Shown here one piece after another: positions 9,429-17,775 of a DNA stretch of 64,000 nt. Made by a program: the position numbers and the translations under genes. Below the pieces are notes generated by a model. It ran no database searches. It was not told where the DNA came from and saw only the letters and a list, made by a program, of their open reading frames with translations. The stretch's first letter is position 1, and each line of letters starts with the position of its first letter. Source of the DNA: Dehalococcoidia bacterium (lineage in GTDB: Bacteria > Chloroflexota > Dehalococcoidia > UBA2979); assembly GCA_965262725.1 (NCBI GenBank), contig OZ253555.1, positions 928,001-992,000 of the forward strand, in the 5' to 3' direction.

Positions 9429-9737
9429 GTGGAGTTGCAGCTGACGGAGGATGCGGTGGGGCTGCTCCGGAGGCGCGGCGGCCGGATGGCACTCGACTTC
9501 ATACCTCCTATCGGCTGAACGGGCCGGCTCGAGGTGCCGGTCGACACCTACCTCAAGGGCAAGAACCTCTCCCGCTACGAGACGGTGGCTCTCGGCGATC
9601 TGCGCATTCACGTCGCGCTGGCGCTCGGCCGATGGGCGGAGCGGGTCGTCGTCGACGCCGAGCGCGTGCTGCTCCTCTGGCGGCGCTTCGACGTGCGCGT
9701 GGCGCATCGCCACCAGCCGACCTGAACTCACGGATGA
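9429..9737 (+). CDS. Small putative selenoprotein with two in-frame TGA codons (Sec30, Sec99); HesB/A-type-like N-terminus and His-rich tail
   Basis: Track ORFs 9132..9518 and 9534..9725 share one frame, separated by TGA 9516-9518. Joined product: MELQLTEDAVGLLRRRGGRMALDFIPPIG-U-TGRLEVPVDTYLKGKNLSRYETVALGDLRIHVALALGRWAERVVVDAERVLLLWRRFDVRVAHRHQPT-U-THG. Strong RBS, and hairpins 12-13 nt after each TGA. If the second TGA is a stop, the gene ends at 9725. Confidence 0.72.
9519..9549 (+). promoter_or_regulatory. Putative SECIS for TGA 9516
   Basis: Stem AGGTG(9532-36)/CACCT(9545-49), a C-A mismatch, a C-G pair, and apical loop GGTC starting 20 nt after the UGA. An alternative stem GGCCGGC/GCCGGTC is possible. 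Confidence 0.55.
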
Positions 9738-9759
9738 GCCCCCGCCGGCGGCGGGGGGC
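9738..9759 (+). promoter_or_regulatory. Hairpin: putative SECIS for TGA 9723 (alternatively a terminator or stabiliser)
   Basis: CCCCCGCC(9739-46)/GGCGGGGG(9750-57) with a GGC loop starting 21 nt after the UGA; no U-tract follows. Confidence 0.5.
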
Positions 9760-9873
9760 GCGGGCAACCGTTGACACGCCGGCGCTGAGCCCTCTACTAC
9801 ATGGCAGGTGGGCGGACGGCGTGCCCGTGCCGTCCCGCTCCTAGCGAGCCGAGCCCACCTGAGGAGGCCCCCC

Positions 9874-10797
9874 ATGACTGTCGAGTCCCTGTCCGTCATC
9901 CCCGCAACCCACAAGCTGGCGGATGGGATCGACGGCGACGCGTTCTACGACCTACACCCCGGACCGCTCGGCAGCTACGAGATGACCATCACCGAGGCCG
10001 ACGTGGAGCGGTGGTGCGACATCCACGAGGACACGGTCCCGTGGCGCGCCGAGCCGGGCGCCGATCCCAGCGCGCCGCCGTACATCGGCTACTACGCCTG
10101 CATGAACGCGCTCGCCCCGATCCGCTACTTCGGCAACACCGGCCGCCCCAACTATGGACCCGGGGGGCTCGCGCGCTACTGGGCGGAGTTCCACGCTCCG
10201 CTCCCGGTGGGTGTCCCGCTCCAGGTCACCGGCCGCGTCACCGACAAGTACACGCGCCGGGGCATCGGCTACACGGACTGGGAGGTCGACATCACACACG
10301 AGGGCCGGCTGCTGCAGCGCACCGGCCGCGCCTGGGCGACTAGCCTCCCGCCCGAGGAGCAGGAGAAGTGGCCGGAGCGCGAGGGACGTCCGCGCCCGCC
10401 GGAGGTGCCGGAGGGCGCCGACGTGCTGGGCCCGCTCGTCTACGTCACGTCGCAGCAGCACGTCGACGATCTCGAGGGGCCCGGAGAGCACAACAACCAC
10501 ACCGACGTGGAGACGGCCCTCGCCCAGGGGCTGCGCGGGCCGCGCGCGCAGGGCGAGCTCTCGTTCGCGCTGGTGGCGCGCCTGATGGCGCGGCACTTCG
10601 GCACGAGATTCGCGAACGGCGGATCACTCGACATCCGACTCATAGGCGAGGTGCAGGCGGGCGACGCGCAGACGGCCCACGCCGCGGTCGCCGAGAGGCG
10701 CGACGACGGGAGCGAACTCTGCCGCGTCTGGGCTACGAACCAGGAGGGCCAGCTCGTTACCGTCGGGACGGCGACGCACGCGGGGACGTCCGCGTGA
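9874..10797 (+). CDS. Double hot-dog fold / MaoC-like dehydratase
   Basis: EFHAPLPVGVPLQVTGRVTDKYTRRG (hot-dog 1); NNHTDVETALAQGLRGPRAQG and LDIRLIGEVQAGD (MaoC-like domain 2). GAGGAGG RBS before ATG 9874. Confidence 0.75.
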   Translation: MTVESLSVIPATHKLADGIDGDAFYDLHPGPLGSYEMTITEADVERWCDIHEDTVPWRAEPGADPSAPPYIGYYACMNALAPIRYFGNTGRPNYGPGGLARYWAEFHAPLPVGVPLQVTGRVTDKYTRRGIGYTDWEVDITHEGRLLQRTGRAWATSLPPEEQEKWPEREGRPRPPEVPEGADVLGPLVYVTSQQHVDDLEGPGEHNNHTDVETALAQGLRGPRAQGELSFALVARLMARHFGTRFANGGSLDIRLIGEVQAGDAQTAHAAVAERRDDGSELCRVWATNQEGQLVTVGTATHAGTSA

Positions 10798-11699
10798 GCG
10801 CCCTGGACCTCCCCGAGATCCCGGCGACTCGCCACCTCGACGAGGGGGTCGAGGGGGATCCGTTCCGCGATATGCACGTGGGGTCGCTCGGCCGCTATCA
10901 GGTCGTGGTGCGCCCGGAGGATGTCGAGCGCTGGGCGCGCATCCACGAGGAGCCGTTTCCGTGGAGCGCTGGCGAGGGCTCAGAACCCGCCGCTCCGCCC
11001 TCGATCCTCTACTACGCCTCGATGAACATTCTCGCGCCGATCCGCTATTTCCGGCCGCGCAACTCCCCGGGGGGCGCGGCCCTCGCGCGCTACTGGGCGG
11101 AGTTCCATGCGCCGCTTCCTGTCGGCGTCTCGATCGAGGTGAGCGGGGAGGTGACGGACAAGTACACGCGCCGGGGCCGGGGCTTTGTCGACTGGCACAT
11201 CGAAGCGTGGGCAGGGGGTCGACTGTTGCAGCGCAACGGGAAGAACTGGTTCTCCGGGATCCCGGAGGACGAGGCCGCGAAATGGCCCGAGCGCCCCGGC
11301 GGAGAACGCCCGCCCGAGGCGCCCGAGGGAGTCGAGCGCTTCGGCCCGATCACCTACCCCGTGACACAGGACCACATGGCCGACTTCGAGGGAGGCGACC
11401 GTAACACGCACTCGAGCGCCGACCTCGCGCGCGAGCAGGGTGAGACGCGCACGACGGCGCAGGGAGCGCTCAGCTTCGGGCTCCTGAGCCGGCTCGCGAC
11501 GGAGCGCTTCGGCGAGTCGTTCACGGCCGGCGGCTCGCTCGACGTGCGCTTCATCCAGCGCGTCCACGGTGGCGACGTGCTCACGGCCCAGGGGGCACTG
11601 CTCGGCCTGGACGGAGAGGGCCGCCACCGGGCCCGCGTGTGGGCGCAGAACCAGCAGGGCGCGCTGACCGCGGTCGGCGTCGCGACCGCGCGCGCCTGA
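10794..11699 (+). CDS. Double hot-dog fold / MaoC-like dehydratase, tandem paralog
   Basis: GTGA overlap with the previous gene. Shares LAPIRYF, LARYWAEFHAPLPVGV and VTDKYTRRG blocks; also DRNTHSS..AREQG and LDVRFIQRVHGGD. Confidence 0.75.
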   Translation: MSALDLPEIPATRHLDEGVEGDPFRDMHVGSLGRYQVVVRPEDVERWARIHEEPFPWSAGEGSEPAAPPSILYYASMNILAPIRYFRPRNSPGGAALARYWAEFHAPLPVGVSIEVSGEVTDKYTRRGRGFVDWHIEAWAGGRLLQRNGKNWFSGIPEDEAAKWPERPGGERPPEAPEGVERFGPITYPVTQDHMADFEGGDRNTHSSADLAREQGETRTTAQGALSFGLLSRLATERFGESFTAGGSLDVRFIQRVHGGDVLTAQGALLGLDGEGRHRARVWAQNQQGALTAVGVATARA

Positions 11700-11737
11700 A
11701 CGGCGACCGCCGCCTCCCGCGAGCCGGTGAGCGGTCG

Positions 11738-12970
11738 CTAACCTCGAGGCAGTCCGAGTCCCCGCGAGGCGATGATGTTGCGCTGGATCTCGTGCGTCCC
11801 GCCCGCGATCGAGGCCGAGATCGTGTGCACCGACCTCTGCGTGTAGCGCGCGTTCAGGGGCGCGTAGTCCTCGGCCGGATCCCAGATCTGGGAGTAGAGG
11901 CCAAAGACCTTCATCCCCGTCTGCTGCATCTGCTGGAACAGTGTCCCGCCGAAGACCTTCGACATCGACGCCTCGTAGTTCGGTATCTGCCCGGCGTGCT
12001 GCATCGAGATGATGCGCATCGCGAACTGCGAGAGCACCTCCGTCTCGATGTAGCGGGTCGTCAGGTGCTCACGCGTGGAGTCGAGCTCGTTCGTGCGCGA
12101 GCAGAGCCGCCCGTCCTCCGTGTTGAGGAACTTGATGAGTTCGTCGAGATCCTTGCGCTGGTCGACGGCTCCGGTGATGTTCGAGCGCTCGTAGTCGAGG
12201 AGCGTCATCGCCACGTACCAGCCGCGGTTCTCCTCGCCGACGCGCTGCGAGATCGGGACGCGCACGTGCTCGTAGAAGGACTCGTTGGTCGCGTGCTCCC
12301 AGCCGCCGGAGATGAGTGGCCGCACCTCGACGCCGGGTGTGTCCTTGCGCAGCAGCAGGAAGGAGATCCCGCGGTGCTTCGGCGCGTCGGGATCGGTGCG
12401 GACCAGCATGAAGAACCAGTTCGCCTTGTGCCCCATCGAGGTCCAGATCTTCTGGCCGTTGATGACGTAGTCGTCGCCATCGCGAACGGCGCGCGTCTGG
12501 AGCGAGGCGAGGTCGGAGCCCGCCCCGGGCTCCGAGTATCCCTGCGCCCACGTGATCTCGCCGGAGAGTGTCTTCGGCAGGAACTCCCGCCGCTGCTCCT
12601 CGGTGCCGTGGTGGATCAGCGTGGGGCCGAGCATGGAGGCGCCCGGCCCGCCGACCACCGGCGCTCCGTTCAACGCAAGCTGCTGCTTGAAGATGAACTG
12701 CTCCATCGCGGTGAGACCGGCCCCGCCGTACTCGGGCGGCCAGTGCGGTGCGGACCAGCCGTGCTCCGCCAGCGCCTCGGCCCACTCGCGCGCCGCCGCC
12801 TGCGCGTCGGGCTCCCCCAGCATGAGGTCGTACTGCCAGTCGCTGTTGTGCACACCCGGGCCCTTGCCGCCGCTCCGGCGCTCCCGGTAGAGCTCGGGAA
12901 GGCGCTCCTCGATGAAGTCGGCGACCTGCGTGCGGAATGCCGTCTGCTCTTCGGTGTCGGCCCAGTCCAT
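11738..12970 (-). CDS. Acyl-CoA dehydrogenase family protein
   Basis: WPPEYGGAG, QGYSEPGAGSDLASL, NGQKIWT, IAGGTHEIQRNIIA. Confidence 0.93.
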   Translation of the reverse strand: MDWADTEEQTAFRTQVADFIEERLPELYRERRSGGKGPGVHNSDWQYDLMLGEPDAQAAAREWAEALAEHGWSAPHWPPEYGGAGLTAMEQFIFKQQLALNGAPVVGGPGASMLGPTLIHHGTEEQRREFLPKTLSGEITWAQGYSEPGAGSDLASLQTRAVRDGDDYVINGQKIWTSMGHKANWFFMLVRTDPDAPKHRGISFLLLRKDTPGVEVRPLISGGWEHATNESFYEHVRVPISQRVGEENRGWYVAMTLLDYERSNITGAVDQRKDLDELIKFLNTEDGRLCSRTNELDSTREHLTTRYIETEVLSQFAMRIISMQHAGQIPNYEASMSKVFGGTLFQQMQQTGMKVFGLYSQIWDPAEDYAPLNARYTQRSVHTISASIAGGTHEIQRNIIASRGLGLPRG

Positions 12971-12993
12971 GTCGCGCCCCCTTCCCCGCGCCG

Positions 12994-13002
12994 ACTATAG
13001 CA
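12994..13002 (-). promoter_or_regulatory. Putative extended -10 promoter (TGcTATAGT) of the acyl-CoA dehydrogenase
   Basis: Near-consensus TGn-TATAGT about 24 nt upstream of ATG 12970 in a divergent intergenic region. Confidence 0.45.
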
Positions 13003-13106
13003 GTCGCCTCGCGCGTTTGGCGGGGCGTGAAGCGGGCCCCGGGAGCGGTATCATGACTCGCCCTGCTCGACGCCGGACGGGCATCGCCGGAGCAAAGAGG
13101 ACCGAC

Positions 13107-14066
13107 GTGAGCGAGAACACCGGCAGACCGGATCGCGCGCCGCGCGTGACCGTGCTGGCGGGCGGCGTGGGCGGCGCGCGGCTCGCGGACGGCGTCGCGC
13201 GCGCGGCGCCCGACGCCGAGCTCACGGTCGTCGTCAACGTCGGCGACGACTTCGAGTGGCAGGGCCTTCGCGTCTCACCGGATCTGGACACCGTGCTCTA
13301 TACGCTCGCGGGTCGCGAGGGGGAGCAGGGATGGGGGCTTGCGGGCGACAGCACCGTCGTGCTGGAGGCGCTTCGCGCGCTTGGCGGCGATGCGTGGTTC
13401 CAGATCGGAGACCACGACCTCGCGACGCACCTCCGCCGCACCGCGCTGCTCCTTGCCGGCCGTCCGCTCTCGGAGGCGACGGCGGAGCTCGCCTCGGCAC
13501 TGGGCGTGGGTGCCCGCCTCCTTCCCGTCACTGACGACCTGCACCCGACCGTGATCGCAACCGACGCGGGCGAGCTCGCCTTCCAGGAGTATTTCGTGCA
13601 GCGCCGCCAGCGAGACGACGTGCGGGGGGTCCGATTCCCCGGCGCCGAGGGCGCGCGGCCCGCCCCCGGCGTGCTTGAGGCCATCGCGGAGGCAGACCTG
13701 CTCCTGCTGGCCCCCTCCAATCCCTTCGTGTCGATAGCGCCGCTCCTGGCGGTTCCCGGCGTGCGCGCGGCCATTGAAGCGGCTGAGGCGCCGCGCCTCG
13801 CCGTCAGCCCCATCGTGGGCGGCGCGGCGGTGAAGGGGCCCGCAGCCGCAATGTTGCGCTCGATGGGGCACGAGGTGTCGGCGCTCGGCGTTGCCCGGCT
13901 GCTCGTCGGGCTCGCCGACGTCTTCGTGCTGGACGCGGTGGACGCCGAGCTCGCCCCGGCGGTGCACGCGCTGGGGTTCGAGCCGCTCGTCACGGGCACG
14001 ATGATGACGGACCGGTCGCGCCGCGCCGCGCTCGCGGGCGTGTTGATCGGGCGGTTGCGCCCGTGA
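13107..14066 (+). CDS. cofD: 2-phospho-L-lactate transferase (F420 biosynthesis)
   Basis: [71 protein letters not shown]. Confidence 0.95.
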   Translation: MSENTGRPDRAPRVTVLAGGVGGARLADGVARAAPDAELTVVVNVGDDFEWQGLRVSPDLDTVLYTLAGREGEQGWGLAGDSTVVLEALRALGGDAWFQIGDHDLATHLRRTALLLAGRPLSEATAELASALGVGARLLPVTDDLHPTVIATDAGELAFQEYFVQRRQRDDVRGVRFPGAEGARPAPGVLEAIAEADLLLLAPSNPFVSIAPLLAVPGVRAAIEAAEAPRLAVSPIVGGAAVKGPAAAMLRSMGHEVSALGVARLLVGLADVFVLDAVDAELAPAVHALGFEPLVTGTMMTDRSRRAALAGVLIGRLRP

Positions 14067-14737
14067 GCGTTCCCCTCGCGAGCCGGACCGTGGTGCTCGT
14101 GCCGGTGAAGCCGCTCTCGGAGGCGAAGTCGCGCCTCGCCTCGGCCCTGCCGATCGAGGCCCGGCAGTCGCTCGTCCGGGCGATGCTGGCCGACGTGCTC
14201 GCCGCGGTGCGCGCCGCCCACGCGGGCCCGCTGATCGTGCTCTCCCCCGACGACGCCTACGACGACTTGATCGCTCGCGCCGGCGCGAGGCACCTGCAGG
14301 ACGCGGGCACGGGCTACCGCGCCGCCGTGGAGCTGGGCCTCGCCTCGGACGAGGTGCGCCGGTCGGGATCGGCGCTCGTGATCCCCGCGGATCAGCCGCG
14401 CGCGCAGCCCCACGACATCGCGCGCGCCCTCGGGGCGCTCGCTCAGGCGGAGGTAGTGATGGTGGAGGCCGTCGACGGCGGGACGGGGGCGCTGGGCCTC
14501 TCGCCCCCCGATGCGATCCCACTCGCGTTCGGCGAGTGCTCCGCCGCCGCGCACCGCCGCCTCGCGCACCAGGACGGGCGGCGGTTCGTCGAGCTCGATT
14601 GCCCGTCGCTGGCGCACGATGTCGACCACTTCGAGGAGCTGCTCGATCCCACCGCCCCGCCGCCGGGTCCGGCCACCTCGCGTCTTCTGGGGGAAGAGCC
14701 GCTCGCTTCGGTCGTCGAATCGATCGCCGGGGCGTAG
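14063..14737 (+). CDS. cofC: 2-phospho-L-lactate/PEP guanylyltransferase (F420 biosynthesis)
   Basis: VPVKPLSEAKSRLA, AMLADVL, IPADQP, DGGTGAL, FGECSAAAH, DVD; GTGA-coupled to cofD. Confidence 0.9.
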   Translation: MSVPLASRTVVLVPVKPLSEAKSRLASALPIEARQSLVRAMLADVLAAVRAAHAGPLIVLSPDDAYDDLIARAGARHLQDAGTGYRAAVELGLASDEVRRSGSALVIPADQPRAQPHDIARALGALAQAEVVMVEAVDGGTGALGLSPPDAIPLAFGECSAAAHRRLAHQDGRRFVELDCPSLAHDVDHFEELLDPTAPPPGPATSRLLGEEPLASVVESIAGA

Positions 14738-14788
14738 GGACGAGGCGGTCCCTTCCGACCGGCAGGCGCTGCGAATAGCTCCGACGGT

Positions 14789-15547
14789 CTACCCGGATGG
14801 CCTCCGCGGTCGCTCTAGGAGTTCGCCGTCGACGTAGAGGTCGACCCTCTCGTTGTAGAAGGCGAGCAGTCCCTCGACCTTCGGGCATTCCGGGACCGGG
14901 AAGGGGTAGTGCCAGACGATGTCTCGGAAGTGTTCACGTCCGACCGTCACGGAGTGGTAGGAGGCGACGCCCTTGTACGGGCACTGCGTGTGGCTCTCGG
15001 AGGGCTCCAGGAGGTCGAGCCTCACGTCCTGCTTCGGGATGTAGTAGCGCGTCGGGAGCCCGGTCTCGAAGAGCAGCACCGGGCGCGTCGTATCGGCGAT
15101 GGTCTCGCCTGCGATCACCACGCGCACGTGGCGCGAGCTGTGGATGGCGTCGATCCGCTTGTGCGGGTCGCGCGGGTGGACGAAGACCTCCTCGTCCTCC
15201 TCGAACCACTGGTCCACCCGGTTCCAGTAGAAGGAGATGTGCTCGGCGAGCCGCTCCTGACCCGGGATCGGACGCTCGTAGCTCCACGCGACGTCCTCCT
15301 CGACGCGGCCACCGACGCGCAGCGTGTAGTACGCCGCCTCGCCCTTCGCCTCGCAGCGCGTCCGCTTCGTTCCCCGCTCGAGCAGGTCCATCCGCACGTC
15401 CGCCTTCGGGAGGTAGTAGACGGGCGTCAGTCCCTCCTCGAGCATCAGGAGCGGCAAGGTGGTGTCGGCGATCCACTCGCCGCCCGCCCGCACGCGCACG
15501 CGCCGCTCGCTCCGCTCGATCCGGACCTCCCGCGTCGTCTCCGCCAT
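14789..15547 (-). CDS. Tandem DUF427 domain protein
   Basis: Two repeats of the pattern IADT..P.LL.E.GL..xYY.PK.DVR.DLL....T.C..KG.A.Y...VAWSY/IVWHY. Confidence 0.88.
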   Translation of the reverse strand: MAETTREVRIERSERRVRVRAGGEWIADTTLPLLMLEEGLTPVYYLPKADVRMDLLERGTKRTRCEAKGEAAYYTLRVGGRVEEDVAWSYERPIPGQERLAEHISFYWNRVDQWFEEDEEVFVHPRDPHKRIDAIHSSRHVRVVIAGETIADTTRPVLLFETGLPTRYYIPKQDVRLDLLEPSESHTQCPYKGVASYHSVTVGREHFRDIVWHYPFPVPECPKVEGLLAFYNERVDLYVDGELLERPRRPSG

Positions 15548-15596
15548 CGCCGTGCCTCCCTTTCGGCCGCGCCCCTCCCGACGGTCGAGGCTGGGG

Positions 15597-16784
15597 TCAA
15601 CCGCCCAGCCAGCGGTAGAGGATGCCGATCAGCGCGCCGCCGAGCACCAGCCACGCCGAGTTCACACGGAAGCGCACCACCAAGATCGCCGCGAGGACGG
15701 CAAGCGCTCCGGACATAACGTCCACGACCGCGTCGCGGGCGAGGATCACCGTGACCGCGGCCATCAGTCCCAGGGCCGCCACGTTGACGCCGTCGAGCAG
15801 CGCCGCCGTCCACGCGTGCCGGCGGAGCCGCGGCAGGAGGGGCCCGATCAGGCCGACGAAGAGGAACGACGGTACGAAGATCGCGACCGTCGCGATCACC
15901 GCTCCGGCGAATCCCCCCACGATGTAGCCGACGAAGGTCGCCGTCGTGAAGACGGGACCAGGCGTGACCTGCCCGACCGCGATCGCGTCCAGGAGTTGCT
16001 GGTCGGTGAGCCATCCCAGCCCCTCGACCAGGTCGCCGCGGAGGAAGGCGAGGAGGACGTAGCCGGAGCCGTAGAGGAGTGCCCCGACCTTGAGCATGAC
16101 CAGAAAGAGCGTGAACGCTGAGTAGCCGCTCACGCTGCCCGCCGCGGCGGGCGCCGCGGCGGCCGGCGCGAAGAGCAGGGTGAGCGGGAGCGCCCCGGCC
16201 GCGCGGCTCCGCTTGAGGGCGAGCCCGCCCCGCACGAGCGCGACCGCAAGCGCGCCCCCGAAGAGGAGCAGTAGTTCGTCTCCGCCGGCGAAGAAGAGAG
16301 CCGCCACCCCCACGCCCGCTGCGGCGAGCAGCGGCCCGCGCATGGCGGTGCGCCCGAGTCCCACGATCGCGTTGAGCACCACGGCGATCACGACGGGCTT
16401 CACGCCGTAGAGGAGATCCTGAGCCCACGGCCGCGTCCCGTACTCGACGTAGGCCCACGCGAGCGCCAGCACCATCACCGCCGCCGGGATGATGAAGGCG
16501 AGCCCCGCGACGATGAGGCCGCGCCAGCCCGCGCGCCGGTAGCCAAGGTGAATCGCAAGCTCGGTCGAGTTGGGACCGGGGATCAGGTTCGTCGCCCCGA
16601 GCAGGTCGAGGAAGTCTCCATCCGTCATCCAGCGCCGACGCGTCACGACTTGCTCGCGCATCATCGCGATATGGGCGGCCGGACCGCCGAAGGCGGTCGT
16701 CCCCAGCAGCAGGAAGAGCCGGGCGACCTCACGGACTGCTCCGCGCGCCGATTGCGGGGCCGGCAGCGGCGGACCGTCGGTCAC
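15597..16784 (-). CDS. chrA: Chromate efflux transporter (long-chain CHR)
   Basis: AFGGPAAHIAMM, NLIPGPNSTELAIHLG, YGSGYVL, GQVTPGPVFTTATFVG. Confidence 0.92.
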   Translation of the reverse strand: MTDGPPLPAPQSARGAVREVARLFLLLGTTAFGGPAAHIAMMREQVVTRRRWMTDGDFLDLLGATNLIPGPNSTELAIHLGYRRAGWRGLIVAGLAFIIPAAVMVLALAWAYVEYGTRPWAQDLLYGVKPVVIAVVLNAIVGLGRTAMRGPLLAAAGVGVAALFFAGGDELLLLFGGALAVALVRGGLALKRSRAAGALPLTLLFAPAAAAPAAAGSVSGYSAFTLFLVMLKVGALLYGSGYVLLAFLRGDLVEGLGWLTDQQLLDAIAVGQVTPGPVFTTATFVGYIVGGFAGAVIATVAIFVPSFLFVGLIGPLLPRLRRHAWTAALLDGVNVAALGLMAAVTVILARDAVVDVMSGALAVLAAILVVRFRVNSAWLVLGGALIGILYRWLGG

Positions 16785-16796
16785 GCGCCTTGGCTC

Positions 16797-17663
16797 CTAG
16801 AGCTCGAGTCCGTACACGCGCGCGACGTTGTCGCGCAAGAGCTTGCGCCGGGAGCCCGGCCTGAGTCCCAGCTCATCGATCTCACTCATCGTCCGTTCGA
16901 AGTCGAGCACGGGGAAGTCCGTGCCGAAGAGCACCTTGTCCTGCCCGTAGCTGTCGATGTAACGAACGAATTCGGGCGGCCAGTAGCGGGGCGAGTGCGC
17001 GTCCGAACCGATGTAGACGTTCGGGTGCTTCCACGCCATCGCGATCATCTCCGATGTCCAGGGGATGCCCACGTGGATGCCGATGAGCACGAGCTCCGGG
17101 AAGTCGCAGGCGACGGCATCGAGGGCTATGGGCCGTCCCGTCGAGCGCAGCGGGCGATCCGGCGCGTAGATCAGGGATTGTCCGACCTGCATCTGGATCG
17201 GCACCCCCAGCTCCACGCACTTGGCGTAGAACGGGTACATCTTTGCGTGGTCGGGCGGCAGCTCGAACCAGTGCGGGTAGAAGTGCGCGCCGATGAAGCC
17301 GAGTTCCGTGACGGCGCGTTCGAGCTCACGGACGCCCGCCATTCCCTCGGTCGGATCCACGCCGGCGAGGCCGTAGAAGCGGTCGGGGTGCTGTGCCACC
17401 GCGTCGGCCACCACCTCGTAGGGGATCCGCGCCGATGTCGGGTGGTGCTCGGGTCCCGCGCGCACGGCGACGAGGAAGGCGCGCTCTACCCCGGCCGCGT
17501 CCATGCGGTCGATGAGTTCGGGGAGGGTGAGCCCGGCGACCAGCCCGGGGTCGGCGCCGATCTTCCCGACCAGGAAGGTCTCCCGCCACATCGGCCGGTG
17601 CACGAGCGCCTCCGGCGTCCAGATGTTGACGACACAATCGATCGCCCGTACATCGTCGGTCAT
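16797..17663 (-). CDS. Amidohydrolase family protein (Amidohydro_2)
   Basis: MDAAGVERA, HPDRFYGLAGVDP, YPFYAKCVELGVPI, IGIHVGIPW, KVLFGTDFP. Start MTDDVR at 17663. Confidence 0.88.
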   Translation of the reverse strand: MTDDVRAIDCVVNIWTPEALVHRPMWRETFLVGKIGADPGLVAGLTLPELIDRMDAAGVERAFLVAVRAGPEHHPTSARIPYEVVADAVAQHPDRFYGLAGVDPTEGMAGVRELERAVTELGFIGAHFYPHWFELPPDHAKMYPFYAKCVELGVPIQMQVGQSLIYAPDRPLRSTGRPIALDAVACDFPELVLIGIHVGIPWTSEMIAMAWKHPNVYIGSDAHSPRYWPPEFVRYIDSYGQDKVLFGTDFPVLDFERTMSEIDELGLRPGSRRKLLRDNVARVYGLEL

Positions 17664-17775
17664 TGTTCCCCCAGACCGCTCCCGCTCCGCGGGATCCCTT
17701 CCGGCTGGGCGGCATCGTACGGGGCGAGGGGGACCCGCGCTCGCCAGAATCGCCGAGAGCTGCCATCGTTTTGGC

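Noticed and set aside
9735-9788. Third in-frame TGA of the small gene as another Sec
   Set aside because: The continuation (APAGGGGRGQPLTRRR) is just the hairpin and promoter region, and the hairpin is at the wrong spacing for this TGA. Treated as the true stop.
9771-9803. Perfect TTGACA -35 upstream of the hot-dog genes
   Set aside because: No convincing -10 at 16-18 bp spacing (TACTAC at best), so not reported as a feature.
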